The notes under the pieces were generated by a model. The model was not told the DNA's origin. It did not search any database and saw only the letters and a list, made by a program, of their open reading frames with translations. The translations under genes were made by a program, and so were the position numbers. A stretch of DNA of 64,000 bases from Planctomycetota bacterium (GTDB lineage: Bacteria; Planctomycetota; Phycisphaerae; Phycisphaerales; UBA1924), in NCBI GenBank assembly GCA_039821685.1, contig JBCBNT010000003.1, positions 2,603-66,602 on the forward strand, in the 5' to 3' direction. Positions 52,878 through 62,303 of this stretch are shown here, piece after piece (the stretch's first letter is position 1; the number at the start of each line of letters is the position of its first letter).

Positions 52878-54384
52878 TGCCGCAGACATGACCCCCCGTG
52901 CGACCGATGCTCTTGTACCCGGGCCGATCCGTGGGTCTATCGACGAAGCTCGCGACGAGCGCCACGACCTGGCGATCATCGGCGGCGGGATCTACGGGAT
53001 CGCTGCGTTGCTCGAAGCGTCGCGGCGGGGGCTGCGGGCGCTGCTGATCGAGCGTGACGACTTTGGCGGCGGCACGAGCTGGTCGAGCCATCGGATTATC
53101 CACGGCGGCCTTCGGTATCTGCAGTCGCTGGACGTCGTGCGATTCAAGGAATCGGTGCGAGAACGCCGGTGGTTCGTCGAGACCTTTCCGGAGCACGTGC
53201 AGCCGCTCGAATGCTTGGTGCCGCTGCCGGGCAAGGGGACGCGTCGGCCGACGTTGTTTCGGTGCGCGTCGATCATGAACAACACGCTGAAAAGCTTCTT
53301 CGGCGGCACGTCTGATCGGCTAGGAGGGGCGTCGGTCGTCGGTCGCGACGAGTTCGGCCGGTCGGTACCGGAAGCGGATACCGCGGGCGTGCTCGCTGCG
53401 GGTCGGTGGGAAGACGGGCTGATGTCATCGAGCGAGCGTGTCAAGATCTGCATGCTCCGCGCGGCGTGCGATCTCGGCGGCCGGGCGATCGCGGGGACCC
53501 GCGTTGAAGCGATCGAAAGCGAGGGCGGGCGGGTGTCTGCCCTGCGGTGTACCGTGCCGGACGGACGCGACGTCGTGATCCGATGCGATCGCGTGCTCAA
53601 TTGCGCAGGGCCCGCGTCGGGTGAGGTCGGCGCGATGCTTGGTGGGGATCACGCGCCGCTCTTCCGGCCGATACGAGCGTTCAACGTCTTGCTCGATATC
53701 GATGCGGGTTTCGGTTCGGCTGTCGCGCTGACAAGCCGAGCCGCGGACGATCGGATGCTTTTCATCGTTCCGAGCGACGCCGGCTTGGCGGTCGGAACGT
53801 GGGAAGAGCGTTATGACGGGGAGCGGGTCGTCAGCCGCGCGAGTGTCGAGCGGCTGCTCTCGGCGGCACGAGATGTGCTGAAGCGGGATGACCTGACGAT
53901 CGACCGTGTTTCGGCGGTGTGGAGCGGTCTTCTTCCGCGCGACTCCGGCGGGAAGGACGCCCCGAGCGACCGTCCTGTTGTGGTCGATCACGGCCGAGCG
54001 GGCGGGCTCTCCGGCGGTGTTTCGATATCGGGCGTGAAGTACACAACGGCTCGGCTCGTCGCGGAGCGAGGAATCGCTCTCGCCGGCTTCGGTGATCGCC
54101 CTGCGAAGCCGGTGGGACCGATCGCCGATCCGATCGATCGTTCGGCGTGGCGGGCGTGCCCCCCGGATCCGGAGTGGCTCGCCGATGCGGTTCACACGAT
54201 GCGATCGGACGAAGCGGCTGCAACGGTCGATGACGTGGTGCGGCGGCGGACGACGTGGTACGCGTCGCCTTCGGCGGCTCGCGGGCGTGCGGTCGAGATC
54301 GGTGCGGCGTTTGGTCTTGGGGAAGACGAAGCGGTGGAAGCCGTCGAGGCGTCACTCGGCCTTGCAACGGCGATGCGTGGGTAA
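52858..54384 (+). CDS. FAD-dependent oxidoreductase (GlpD/GlpA glycerol-3-phosphate dehydrogenase-like, DAO family)
   Basis: The sequence is DLAIIGGGIYGIAALLEASRRGLRALLIERDDFGGGTSWSSHRIIHGGLRYLQ. It overlaps the GT2 gene by 20 nt. Confidence 0.8.
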   Translation: MPGPTADAADMTPRATDALVPGPIRGSIDEARDERHDLAIIGGGIYGIAALLEASRRGLRALLIERDDFGGGTSWSSHRIIHGGLRYLQSLDVVRFKESVRERRWFVETFPEHVQPLECLVPLPGKGTRRPTLFRCASIMNNTLKSFFGGTSDRLGGASVVGRDEFGRSVPEADTAGVLAAGRWEDGLMSSSERVKICMLRAACDLGGRAIAGTRVEAIESEGGRVSALRCTVPDGRDVVIRCDRVLNCAGPASGEVGAMLGGDHAPLFRPIRAFNVLLDIDAGFGSAVALTSRAADDRMLFIVPSDAGLAVGTWEERYDGERVVSRASVERLLSAARDVLKRDDLTIDRVSAVWSGLLPRDSGGKDAPSDRPVVVDHGRAGGLSGGVSISGVKYTTARLVAERGIALAGFGDRPAKPVGPIADPIDRSAWRACPPDPEWLADAVHTMRSDEAAATVDDVVRRRTTWYASPSAARGRAVEIGAAFGLGEDEAVEAVEASLGLATAMRG

Positions 54385-54393
54385 GCTGAGACG

Positions 54394-55149
54394 ATGGGCG
54401 CGATCAAAGACGGCATCACAGATCAGGGCGGCTCGGCGCTGCGGAAGTACCAGGACGCGATCATCGGATCCCGATCGTTTCTCAGGCTCGTTCGCTTCGA
54501 AACGACGCAGATGCTGATCAGCCCGATGCCGGGCGCCTTCGGGCTCGCGCTGCGGAAGGCCCTGCTGCCGGGCCTGCTTGGCTCGTGCGGCTCGGGAACG
54601 GTTCTTGGTCGATCGATCGCACTGCGGCAGCCTCATCGGATCCATCTCGGCAGCGCGGTGGTGATCGACGACGCGTGCTGCCTCGACGGGATCACCGAAG
54701 AGCCCGAGGCGATCCGGATCGGTGACGCGACGATGGTCGGCATGGGAACCAAACTCGCTGCGAAGCTTGGGACGATCTCGATCGGCAGCAATTGCGGGCT
54801 CGGAGCCAACGTGACGATCCATTCGTCAGTGAGCGGCAGCGTCTCCATCGGCTCGGACGTGCTGATCGCGGGCCACGTGTACATCGGCGGGGGCCAGTAC
54901 CACACGAACCGGACCGACATCTCGATCGCGGAGCAGGGGCACGTCGAGGGCCTGCGCGTCGAGATCGGCGACGGTTGCTGGATCGGCGCGAACGCGACGG
55001 TGGTCAATGGTGTGACGATTGGCCGCGATGCGATCGTGGCGGCGGGTGCCGTGGTGACGAAGGACGTGCCGGAGCGGGCGATCGTGGGCGGCGTGCCGGC
55101 GAGGGTGATCAGAGTTCGGGGTGAAGATGCTGCGGTGGTCGCGTCATGA
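54394..55149 (+). CDS. Hexapeptide-repeat (left-handed beta-helix) acyl/acetyltransferase
   Basis: It has repeated [LIV]G-x4 hexapeptides: [29 protein letters not shown] and [49 protein letters not shown]. Confidence 0.88.
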   Translation: MGAIKDGITDQGGSALRKYQDAIIGSRSFLRLVRFETTQMLISPMPGAFGLALRKALLPGLLGSCGSGTVLGRSIALRQPHRIHLGSAVVIDDACCLDGITEEPEAIRIGDATMVGMGTKLAAKLGTISIGSNCGLGANVTIHSSVSGSVSIGSDVLIAGHVYIGGGQYHTNRTDISIAEQGHVEGLRVEIGDGCWIGANATVVNGVTIGRDAIVAAGAVVTKDVPERAIVGGVPARVIRVRGEDAAVVAS

Positions 55150-56183
55150 GCGGGTCTTCGTGCAGCGCAACACGGAAGCGAGCGCTCTTTGCGGTCAAAC
55201 TGGTTGTCTCGCTCGGTCTGCTCGCGTTTGTGCTAACGCGGGCGGATATCGGTGCGGTGTGGTCCCGGATGCGCGAGGCCGACCCGATGCTGATGGGGCT
55301 CGCGCTGCTGACACCCTTCCTCGGCTACGGGATCACGTCGATCCGGTGGGGCGGCCTGCTTGCAGCGGCCGGATATCGGGTTCGGCTCGGTCTTCTGTAT
55401 AGGGCATGCATGACGGCCGTTTTCTTTAATCAGCTGCTTCCAAGCACGATCGGCGGCGATGTCGCGCGTGTGTACGCCGCATGGAAGGCGGGCGCCCCGA
55501 AGCAGACAGCGCTGGCCTCGCTGATGGTGGATCGCGTCGTCGGCGTGCTCGCGCAGGTGCTGCTCGCTGCAGCGATGATGCCGATTCTGGGTACGGCCGA
55601 GCTGCCCGCCGTCGCGTACTTCATCGTCGGGGGGCTGGCGGTCGCGCTCGCGGCGGTCGTGTTGGCAGTATTTCTGCCGACGTCGCTCTTTGCAAGGCTC
55701 GTCATCGGTGCGCTCGCGCGCATACCCGGTCCGTTCGCGAAGATCGCGACCAAGCTCGAGGAGGGATTCGCTCCCTACCGCGGGAGATGGGCGGTGCTCG
55801 CGCGGACGATCGCGATCTCGCTGCTGATGATCGGCAACGTCGTGCTGATGCACTGGCTGATCGGACGGGCTCTCGGGCTCGAGCTTTCGATGACGGTGTA
55901 TTTCTTCGCGATCCCGCTCGCGACGATCGTGATGCTCGTGCCCGTTTCGATCAACGGGATCGGGATCCGCGAGGGGATCTTCGCGCTGCTGCTCGGCGCG
56001 TACGGCGTCGGCGAAGCGGACGCGGTCGCTCTCTCGCTGCTCGCATTTGCGACGTTTCTGACGCACGGCGTGCTCGGTGGGGTGGTGTTTGCGACGGGCA
56101 GGGCATCGACAGGGGAGATGCAGGAGGTCCCGTCCGGAGCGGATGAGCCGCGACCCCACGCGGCGGCGGAGGCGGGAGCATGA
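55146..56183 (+). CDS. Flippase-like (UPF0104 / MprF-C-terminal-like, TIGR00374) membrane protein
   Basis: There is an ATGA overlap with the upstream gene. It has about 8 TM segments. The motif [18 protein letters not shown] is characteristic of this family. Confidence 0.75.
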   Translation: MSGSSCSATRKRALFAVKLVVSLGLLAFVLTRADIGAVWSRMREADPMLMGLALLTPFLGYGITSIRWGGLLAAAGYRVRLGLLYRACMTAVFFNQLLPSTIGGDVARVYAAWKAGAPKQTALASLMVDRVVGVLAQVLLAAAMMPILGTAELPAVAYFIVGGLAVALAAVVLAVFLPTSLFARLVIGALARIPGPFAKIATKLEEGFAPYRGRWAVLARTIAISLLMIGNVVLMHWLIGRALGLELSMTVYFFAIPLATIVMLVPVSINGIGIREGIFALLLGAYGVGEADAVALSLLAFATFLTHGVLGGVVFATGRASTGEMQEVPSGADEPRPHAAAEAGA

Positions 56184-57661
56184 TCGACGAGCGTCGCACC
56201 CCATGGTTCTGGCTCGCGCTGATCGGCACAACCGGCGTTGCGCTCGCGATGCGGCTGCTGTGGATCGACCGGCCGAGCTTCTGGATCGACGAGCTCTACA
56301 CCGTGATGCACAGCTGTCGCTTCGGCGACGGCAACCTGACGAAACAGCTCAGCTATGTGCCGACGCTCGTGATGCTGTCGCTCGCGGACGCGCTGCCGGC
56401 AGCCGAGCAGGCGATGCAGCCCGAACTCTGGCGCGAGCTCGGTGTCACCGAGACGCTTGTCCGGTTGCCGAGCGCGATGATCGGTGGAGCCACTGTCTTC
56501 CTCCTCGGCTGGCTCGCGCGTGGCATGGTGGGATCTCGCGCTGCCCTGTGGTTTGCCGTGCTTCTCGCGGTATCCGTGTGGCATCTGCACATGTCGCAGA
56601 CCGGCCGGTTTTACGTGCAGCAGCTTCTGTTTTACAACCTCGGCCTGCTTCTGTACTGGCGCGCGACGTCCATCGGCTCGGTCTGGCGTCTCGTGCTCTC
56701 GATGGCCATGCTCTTTCTCGGGTTCATGTCTCAGCCGCCGGCGTTGATCCTCGGGGTTGTGATCGCGGTGGACTGGGCTCTCGGTGTCCGGTCGAAGGAT
56801 CCCTCGCGTTTGACGATCGCCGCGTTCGCGGCCGGGGCGGTCACCGCGGCGGCGTGCGCCGGGGTTCTGCTGGTCGATGTGTACCTGCGGACAGACGAAT
56901 GGGCGCAGTTCGCGGGGAACATCTCTCAGTCGGCGCCGAAGCTCGTGCTCGGGGTTGTGTGGGTCATCGGCCCGGTGACCGTTTTGCTGGCAGCTGTTGG
57001 CTGGCTTCGGGTGCTTGCGAGTGATCGCAGGCTTGCGATCTACCTCGCGGCGGGCGCGACCTTTCCCGTGATCGCCATGGCGGCGCTCGGGCTGACAGGC
57101 ACGTTTGTGCACGTGCGGTACACCTTTGTTGCCCTCCCCGCATGGCTCCTGCTCGCGGCGGTCGGTGCCGTGGGCGGTGTTTCCGACGGCGCTGATCTGC
57201 CGACGCGTGTCCGTGCGATGATGCCGGGGGTGCTGGTCGCCGTTGCCTCGCTTGTGCAGTGTTTCGGGTATTACACCGGGGGCGGGGGCTATCGGCCTGC
57301 GTGGCGGGATGCCGTCGAGTACATCGCGGCGAATCGACAACGGGGCGATCTGGTCGCGGGCGATGAGCACGCGTTCTGGCACGCCCGGTACTACCTCGGC
57401 GACAGCTCGGCAGTCAAGGTGCAGGGTGCCGCGCTGTGGGACCTGCTCGAGACGACCGATCGGCGGGTCTGGATCCTCGATAAGGGCGGGACGAGCGGCG
57501 CGATGAACTGGTCGGGCCTTCGCGACCGGGCCGACCTGCGGTGGTACTTCGATCGCAAGATCTTGCAGCCGTTCTCGACGGTCAAGGTCTTCCTGTTCGA
57601 TCCCACCGAGGGGTTGTACCCGGACGAGGGGTTGGATCCAGGAGCGGATCTGTCGCCGTAG
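56180..57661 (+). CDS. GT-C fold glycosyltransferase (GT39/GT83, ArnT/PMT-like)
   Basis: There is an ATGA overlap with the upstream gene. The N-terminal loop is LWIDRPSFWIDELYT (Asp/Glu motif after TM1). It has more than 10 TM helices and a C-terminal soluble domain. Confidence 0.72.
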   Translation: MIDERRTPWFWLALIGTTGVALAMRLLWIDRPSFWIDELYTVMHSCRFGDGNLTKQLSYVPTLVMLSLADALPAAEQAMQPELWRELGVTETLVRLPSAMIGGATVFLLGWLARGMVGSRAALWFAVLLAVSVWHLHMSQTGRFYVQQLLFYNLGLLLYWRATSIGSVWRLVLSMAMLFLGFMSQPPALILGVVIAVDWALGVRSKDPSRLTIAAFAAGAVTAAACAGVLLVDVYLRTDEWAQFAGNISQSAPKLVLGVVWVIGPVTVLLAAVGWLRVLASDRRLAIYLAAGATFPVIAMAALGLTGTFVHVRYTFVALPAWLLLAAVGAVGGVSDGADLPTRVRAMMPGVLVAVASLVQCFGYYTGGGGYRPAWRDAVEYIAANRQRGDLVAGDEHAFWHARYYLGDSSAVKVQGAALWDLLETTDRRVWILDKGGTSGAMNWSGLRDRADLRWYFDRKILQPFSTVKVFLFDPTEGLYPDEGLDPGADLSP

Positions 57662-57665
57662 GCGA

Positions 57666-60600
57666 TCAGCCCGCGCGTTCGACGTCTTGCCATGCGTCAT
57701 CGAGGCGGCGTTCGGATCCTCCGCCCCGGATCGCGAGTTGGGTCGCGAAAGCGCTCAGCCTGAACTCTTCGATGAGCCACCGGTACCGCTCGAGCGCCGG
57801 GCTTGTCCGTCCGATTCGGGCGTGTCGTGCGGCGCGGTCGATGCATCGCGTCCAGTGGCGGGCAACGGCTCGCTGGGCTGCGGCGTCGCGTTTGATCCCA
57901 TCGCCGCGGAGCCGCTCGATGCGTATGACGACACCCCGGAGGTACGCGGGGGTTCTCGAGAGCGTCGCCCACCGTGCGCGTTGGAACGATCCCGCATGGA
58001 CAAGCTGGCGGACCTGAAACTCGATATCGCGCCGGGCCGCCTGAGTTGCCGGGGATCTCAGCTCCTCGGCTTTCAGCACAGCATTCTGCCTGGCATCGAG
58101 CACGTCGGCGATCAGAGAGACCGTCCTGGTTGCGCGGTCGCCGAGCGATGCGGCCGTCTTATCGGCGAGAGACGCAAGCTGGTCCGCCGTGCGCGGCGGC
58201 TCGGCCCGGTCGGGACGGTTGACCTCGGCGAGGAGGGGCAACACGGCATCGAGCAGCGAGGGAGCCGATTCGATCGATTGCAGCATGACCGCGGCCCGGT
58301 CGGCGTGAGGCGTGTGGCGGAGCAGCTCGCGCACCTCTCGCCTGAGTGAGTGACCCACCAATCGCCTGGAGCCGAACCAGTGCTCGATCGACGCGGTCTC
58401 GGCGTCGCCAAACTCGAGCAGTCTCGCACCGGTGAGAGCGTCGGCGAGCGCGAGAGGAGGGTCGATCCGGCTCTCGCCGGCGGGCCACGCGTGCACGATC
58501 GGGGCGCGGGTCGCGTCGCGGCGGATCTCCGCGTCGTGCTTCCGGGCCGCCTCGATCATCGCATGCATCTCGCGCGTGCGGATGATCTCCCGGTCGTCGG
58601 CATCGACGACGATGCCAACGAGGCGCAGGTGCTCGGGCAGCGGCACGGCCCGGCACATGGCGGGCGTGACGCTCAGGCCGGTAATACGGGACGCTTCTTC
58701 CGCGACACGGACGAAGAGATCACCCTCACCAAAGCGGATGGAGGCGATGACCTGTCGGGCGACGCTCTCGGCGTCAACCTGCTTCCGCAGCGATCTCGGC
58801 AGGCCCGCGATGATCGCCTCGACCTTCATCGGGAGCCAGGCGGGGACGAGCCAGTCAAAGGCGGCTGGCGTGGTGCGCGCTGCGTCCGTCGCGTGCAGCG
58901 TCGCGGCGATACCGTCGCGGTCGGAGCCGGGATCGAACGTGTAATCGAGCGTGGCGGTGCCATCGGTCCCGATGTCCATGGTGTCGGGGACGCGGCTTGC
59001 ATCAACGCGTGGGACGGTATCGAGAGCGACGCTCTCGGCATCCATCAACAAGATTCGTGGATCCTCGCGTTCGGCTCGACGAAGCCACTTGTCGAACGCA
59101 CGCGCAGATGAGATATCCGACGGCAGGCGGCGATCAAAGAACGCGAACAGATCTTCGTCTGTCGGCACGATGCTCCTGCGGAGCTTGGCCTCGGAATCAC
59201 GCAGGTCGCTCAGAAAGGCTTCGTTGTGGCGACGGAACGCGGCATTGGTTTCGAGTTCACCCTGAACGAGTGCTTGCTCGATGAAGATCCGTCGCGCGTC
59301 GGCTCGATCGACTGAGCCGTAATCAACGCGCCGGCCTCGGGTGATCTCGATCTGTCCGAACCGCACGGCGGCATCGGCTTCAACGCGGCCCCGATCGGGC
59401 TCGTAGCCCGGGTTGCTGTACTCGCGGGTGATCAGGTGCGGTGCGAGCTCCTCGACCCATTCGGGATCGATCCGAGCGGTCAGGCGGGTAAAGAGCCGCG
59501 TTGTCTTGACAAGCTCGGCAGCGACGAGCCAGCTGCTTCCCTTCAGACGCACGGCCGACGCGGGATGGATGTGGAAGACCCCGGCCGAGGGCGACGTGAA
59601 GCCGCCCTCATCGTTTCGCTTGCCGACGCTCGTGAGGCATCCGGCGAGCACCGCGCGGTGCAGCGCGTCGCGGTCGGGCTCGTTACGCCGCTTCGGAACG
59701 CGTGCGCCGAGGTCTCGGCAGACCTCTCGGAGCTGGCGGTGCGTATCGGTCCATTCGTGCATGCGCACCATGCTGATGAACTCGTCTCGGCATGTCTTTC
59801 GGAGCTGCGACCGGCTGAGTCGAGCCTTGAGGTCGTGGTAGTGGTCCCACAGGTTCAGGAGCGTGATGAAATCGGACGCGTTGTCTTGAAAGCGCTGGTG
59901 CTTGGCGTCGGCAGCATCCCGCTGCTCCGACGGGCGCTCCCGCGGGTCTTGCACCTCCATGGCGGCGGCGATGATCAACGCTTCGGCGAGCGCTCCCTCA
60001 TCGCGGGCGGCCAGGATGATCCGAGCGATGCGAGGATCAATCGGGAGCTTGGCCATGGAACTGCCCAGCGGCGTAAGCTTCTGCGATCCATCGACTGCGC
60101 CGAGCTCGAAGAGCGTGTCGTACGCCTCGCTGATGCGGCGGGGCTCGGGCGGCTCGACAAACGGGAACTCCCGGGGATCGCCGAGCCGGAGCGCGTGCAT
60201 CTGGAGGATGACCCCGGCGAGGTTCGTGCGCTGGATCTCGGGCGCGGTGAACTCGGGTCGCTTGTCATGGTCTGCTTCGCTGTAGAGCCGGATACAGGTA
60301 CCGGGCTCGGTGCGGCCGCAGCGGCCGGCGCGTTGGCGGGCGGACGCCTGGCTCACGGGCTCGACCTGCAAGGATTGGACACGCCGCCTCGGTGAGTACC
60401 GGTTGATCCTCGCGAGCCCCGTGTCGACGACGTACCGGATACCGGGCACCGTCAGGGATGTCTCTGCGACGTTCGTCGCGAGGACAACTCGGCGGTGCGG
60501 CACCCTTCGGAACACGCGCTGCTGCTCGGCGATGCTCAAGCGGGCGTACAGGGGGACGACTTCGGTGCCGTGCAAGAGCCGGGTCTGCTCGCACGCGCGG

Positions 60601-61565
60601 CGGACCGCGTCCGCGGATTCACGGATCTCTCGCTCGCCGGGCAGGAATACCAGGACGTCACCCGGCGTGCCGAACCCGTCCTTGATCGCGAGCCGCTCGA
60701 CGGCATCGGCGACCGCGTCGGGCGTGTCCATGGCCCGGCCGTCCTCCGCGATCGGCTCCGCGTAGACGGTTTCGACCGGGAATGTGCGGCCGGAGACCTC
60801 GATGATCGGAACATCGAGCCCGAGGGCGTCCGCAAAGTGGTCGGCGAAGCGGGCGGGATCGATCGTCGCGGATGTGATGACGAGCGACAGGTCGGGACGC
60901 GTTGGCAGCACGCGCGTCAGGATGCCGAGCAGGAAATCGATGTTGAGGCTCCGCTCGTGCGCCTCATCGATGATGATGGTGTCGTATTGCAACAGCCGGC
61001 GGTCGGATCGGGATTCGGCGAGCAGCATCCCGTCGGTCATGACCTTGACGAGCGTGGCGTCTGACGTCTCGTCGTTGAAGCGGACCTTGGTCCCGACCTG
61101 GGCACCGAGCGGCACCGAGAGCTCCTCGGCGACCCTCGATGCCACGGATCGCGCGGCCAGCCGGCGGGGCTGCGTGTGCGCGATCAGCCCGCGGACGCCC
61201 CGGCCGAGATCGAGGCAGATCTTCGGAAGCTGTGTCGACTTTCCCGAGCCGGTCTCGCCGCAGACAACGACGACCCGGTGTTCACTGATCGCCTTCTTGA
61301 TCTCGTCGGCCCGTGCGCTCACGGGCAGTCCTTCGGGATAGGAAACGCCCGGAACACCCGCCCGCCGCTGTTCGACACGCGCTTTCGATCGTTCCAGCAG
61401 CTCAAGGGCGGCACGCCGATCCTGCGTCGAAAGGCGATCGATACGCCAGCGATCGGGCCCGAACGCCTCGCGCGAATCGATGGTCGGGCGGCGATCACCC
61501 CGGCGGCGACCGCCGAAATCCTTTGACCGCCTTCGGCGAGAGCGTTGTGGCGTTCCTCCGTCCAA
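57666..61565 (-). CDS. hrpA: ATP-dependent RNA helicase HrpA (DEAH-box)
   Basis: Motifs: VVVVCGETGSGKSTQLPK, IIIDEAHERSLN, VITSAT, FLPGEREI, TNVAETSLTVPGI and QRAGRCGR. The 1299-aa length and C-terminal region are typical of HrpA. Confidence 0.93.
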   Translation of the reverse strand: MDGGTPQRSRRRRSKDFGGRRRGDRRPTIDSREAFGPDRWRIDRLSTQDRRAALELLERSKARVEQRRAGVPGVSYPEGLPVSARADEIKKAISEHRVVVVCGETGSGKSTQLPKICLDLGRGVRGLIAHTQPRRLAARSVASRVAEELSVPLGAQVGTKVRFNDETSDATLVKVMTDGMLLAESRSDRRLLQYDTIIIDEAHERSLNIDFLLGILTRVLPTRPDLSLVITSATIDPARFADHFADALGLDVPIIEVSGRTFPVETVYAEPIAEDGRAMDTPDAVADAVERLAIKDGFGTPGDVLVFLPGEREIRESADAVRRACEQTRLLHGTEVVPLYARLSIAEQQRVFRRVPHRRVVLATNVAETSLTVPGIRYVVDTGLARINRYSPRRRVQSLQVEPVSQASARQRAGRCGRTEPGTCIRLYSEADHDKRPEFTAPEIQRTNLAGVILQMHALRLGDPREFPFVEPPEPRRISEAYDTLFELGAVDGSQKLTPLGSSMAKLPIDPRIARIILAARDEGALAEALIIAAAMEVQDPRERPSEQRDAADAKHQRFQDNASDFITLLNLWDHYHDLKARLSRSQLRKTCRDEFISMVRMHEWTDTHRQLREVCRDLGARVPKRRNEPDRDALHRAVLAGCLTSVGKRNDEGGFTSPSAGVFHIHPASAVRLKGSSWLVAAELVKTTRLFTRLTARIDPEWVEELAPHLITREYSNPGYEPDRGRVEADAAVRFGQIEITRGRRVDYGSVDRADARRIFIEQALVQGELETNAAFRRHNEAFLSDLRDSEAKLRRSIVPTDEDLFAFFDRRLPSDISSARAFDKWLRRAEREDPRILLMDAESVALDTVPRVDASRVPDTMDIGTDGTATLDYTFDPGSDRDGIAATLHATDAARTTPAAFDWLVPAWLPMKVEAIIAGLPRSLRKQVDAESVARQVIASIRFGEGDLFVRVAEEASRITGLSVTPAMCRAVPLPEHLRLVGIVVDADDREIIRTREMHAMIEAARKHDAEIRRDATRAPIVHAWPAGESRIDPPLALADALTGARLLEFGDAETASIEHWFGSRRLVGHSLRREVRELLRHTPHADRAAVMLQSIESAPSLLDAVLPLLAEVNRPDRAEPPRTADQLASLADKTAASLGDRATRTVSLIADVLDARQNAVLKAEELRSPATQAARRDIEFQVRQLVHAGSFQRARWATLSRTPAYLRGVVIRIERLRGDGIKRDAAAQRAVARHWTRCIDRAARHARIGRTSPALERYRWLIEEFRLSAFATQLAIRGGGSERRLDDAWQDVERAG

Positions 61566-61574
61566 CTCGGCAGT

Positions 61575-62249
61575 TTAGTTCGGCATGCTGCCGGGGGCGG
61601 ATGACCCGGGTTGCTCCGACGGGTCGTTTGTGACGATCAGGTGCGCGAGCCGGCGGTAGTCCGCGGCGCGGGACCGGAATGCGGGCTCCGCGACGCGGTG
61701 GAAGTGGTCCCTTGCCCGCTCGACGCCCCAGCCGCGCTCGCCCGACCGTTCGATCGCTTCCCAGCGCTGCCAGCGTGTCGCCGGCGAGGCCTCGACAAAC
61801 ACTCGGCAGACGCAAAGGTCCGCGACCGCCTCATGCAGAGCGAAGAGCCCCTCGCAGAAGACGGCTCCGGCGGCTTCGAGCCGAGTTTCCCCCTCGCGCC
61901 GGTGCGTGTGGAAGGACCAATCCGGTACGGATGCCGAGCCGGTGGACGAAAGCTCGAGGAGGTCGGCGCGGAGCCTGGGGAGGTCGGCGTGGTCCGGGTT
62001 GTCGCGGTCATCCGAGGGGATGTGCGCGTAGTCGGGGAGGTACCGGTCGGTCGAAACGACGACGCCGCCGGTTCGTTCGCTGACGAGACGGGCGAGCGTG
62101 GACTTGCCGGAGCCCACCGGGCCCGTGATGCCGACGATCGGCCTCCCGTCGGGAGACCGCTCGAGAAGCTTCGCGAGGGCATCGGCCGCCTCGGACAGGC
62201 TTCCGACGCGTGTCGGCGTACTCGATTCGTCAGGCCGCCCCTGCACCAT
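61575..62249 (-). CDS. Uridine kinase / phosphoribulokinase-family P-loop kinase
   Basis: The start is MVQGRPDE (cat 62247-62249). It has Walker A IVGITGPVGSGKSTLA, then STDRYLPDY, and VFCEGLFAL ... RVFVEASPATRWQR. The upstream part of the 599-aa ORF is antisense to nupC. Confidence 0.7.
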   Translation of the reverse strand: MVQGRPDESSTPTRVGSLSEAADALAKLLERSPDGRPIVGITGPVGSGKSTLARLVSERTGGVVVSTDRYLPDYAHIPSDDRDNPDHADLPRLRADLLELSSTGSASVPDWSFHTHRREGETRLEAAGAVFCEGLFALHEAVADLCVCRVFVEASPATRWQRWEAIERSGERGWGVERARDHFHRVAEPAFRSRAADYRRLAHLIVTNDPSEQPGSSAPGSMPN

Positions 62250-62303
62250 TCGGCGACGGTAGGCTGTTCGGGCGCGAGCCAGCGTTCCGCAAAGGAAGAG
62301 TCG

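Noticed and set aside
55775-57700. 641-aa minus-strand ORF (and 55233..56231) opposite the flippase-like and GT-C genes
   Set aside because: The product is extremely Arg/His/Pro/Glu-rich and non-membrane-like. The plus-strand frames encode coherent polytopic membrane proteins with family motifs and ATGA coupling.
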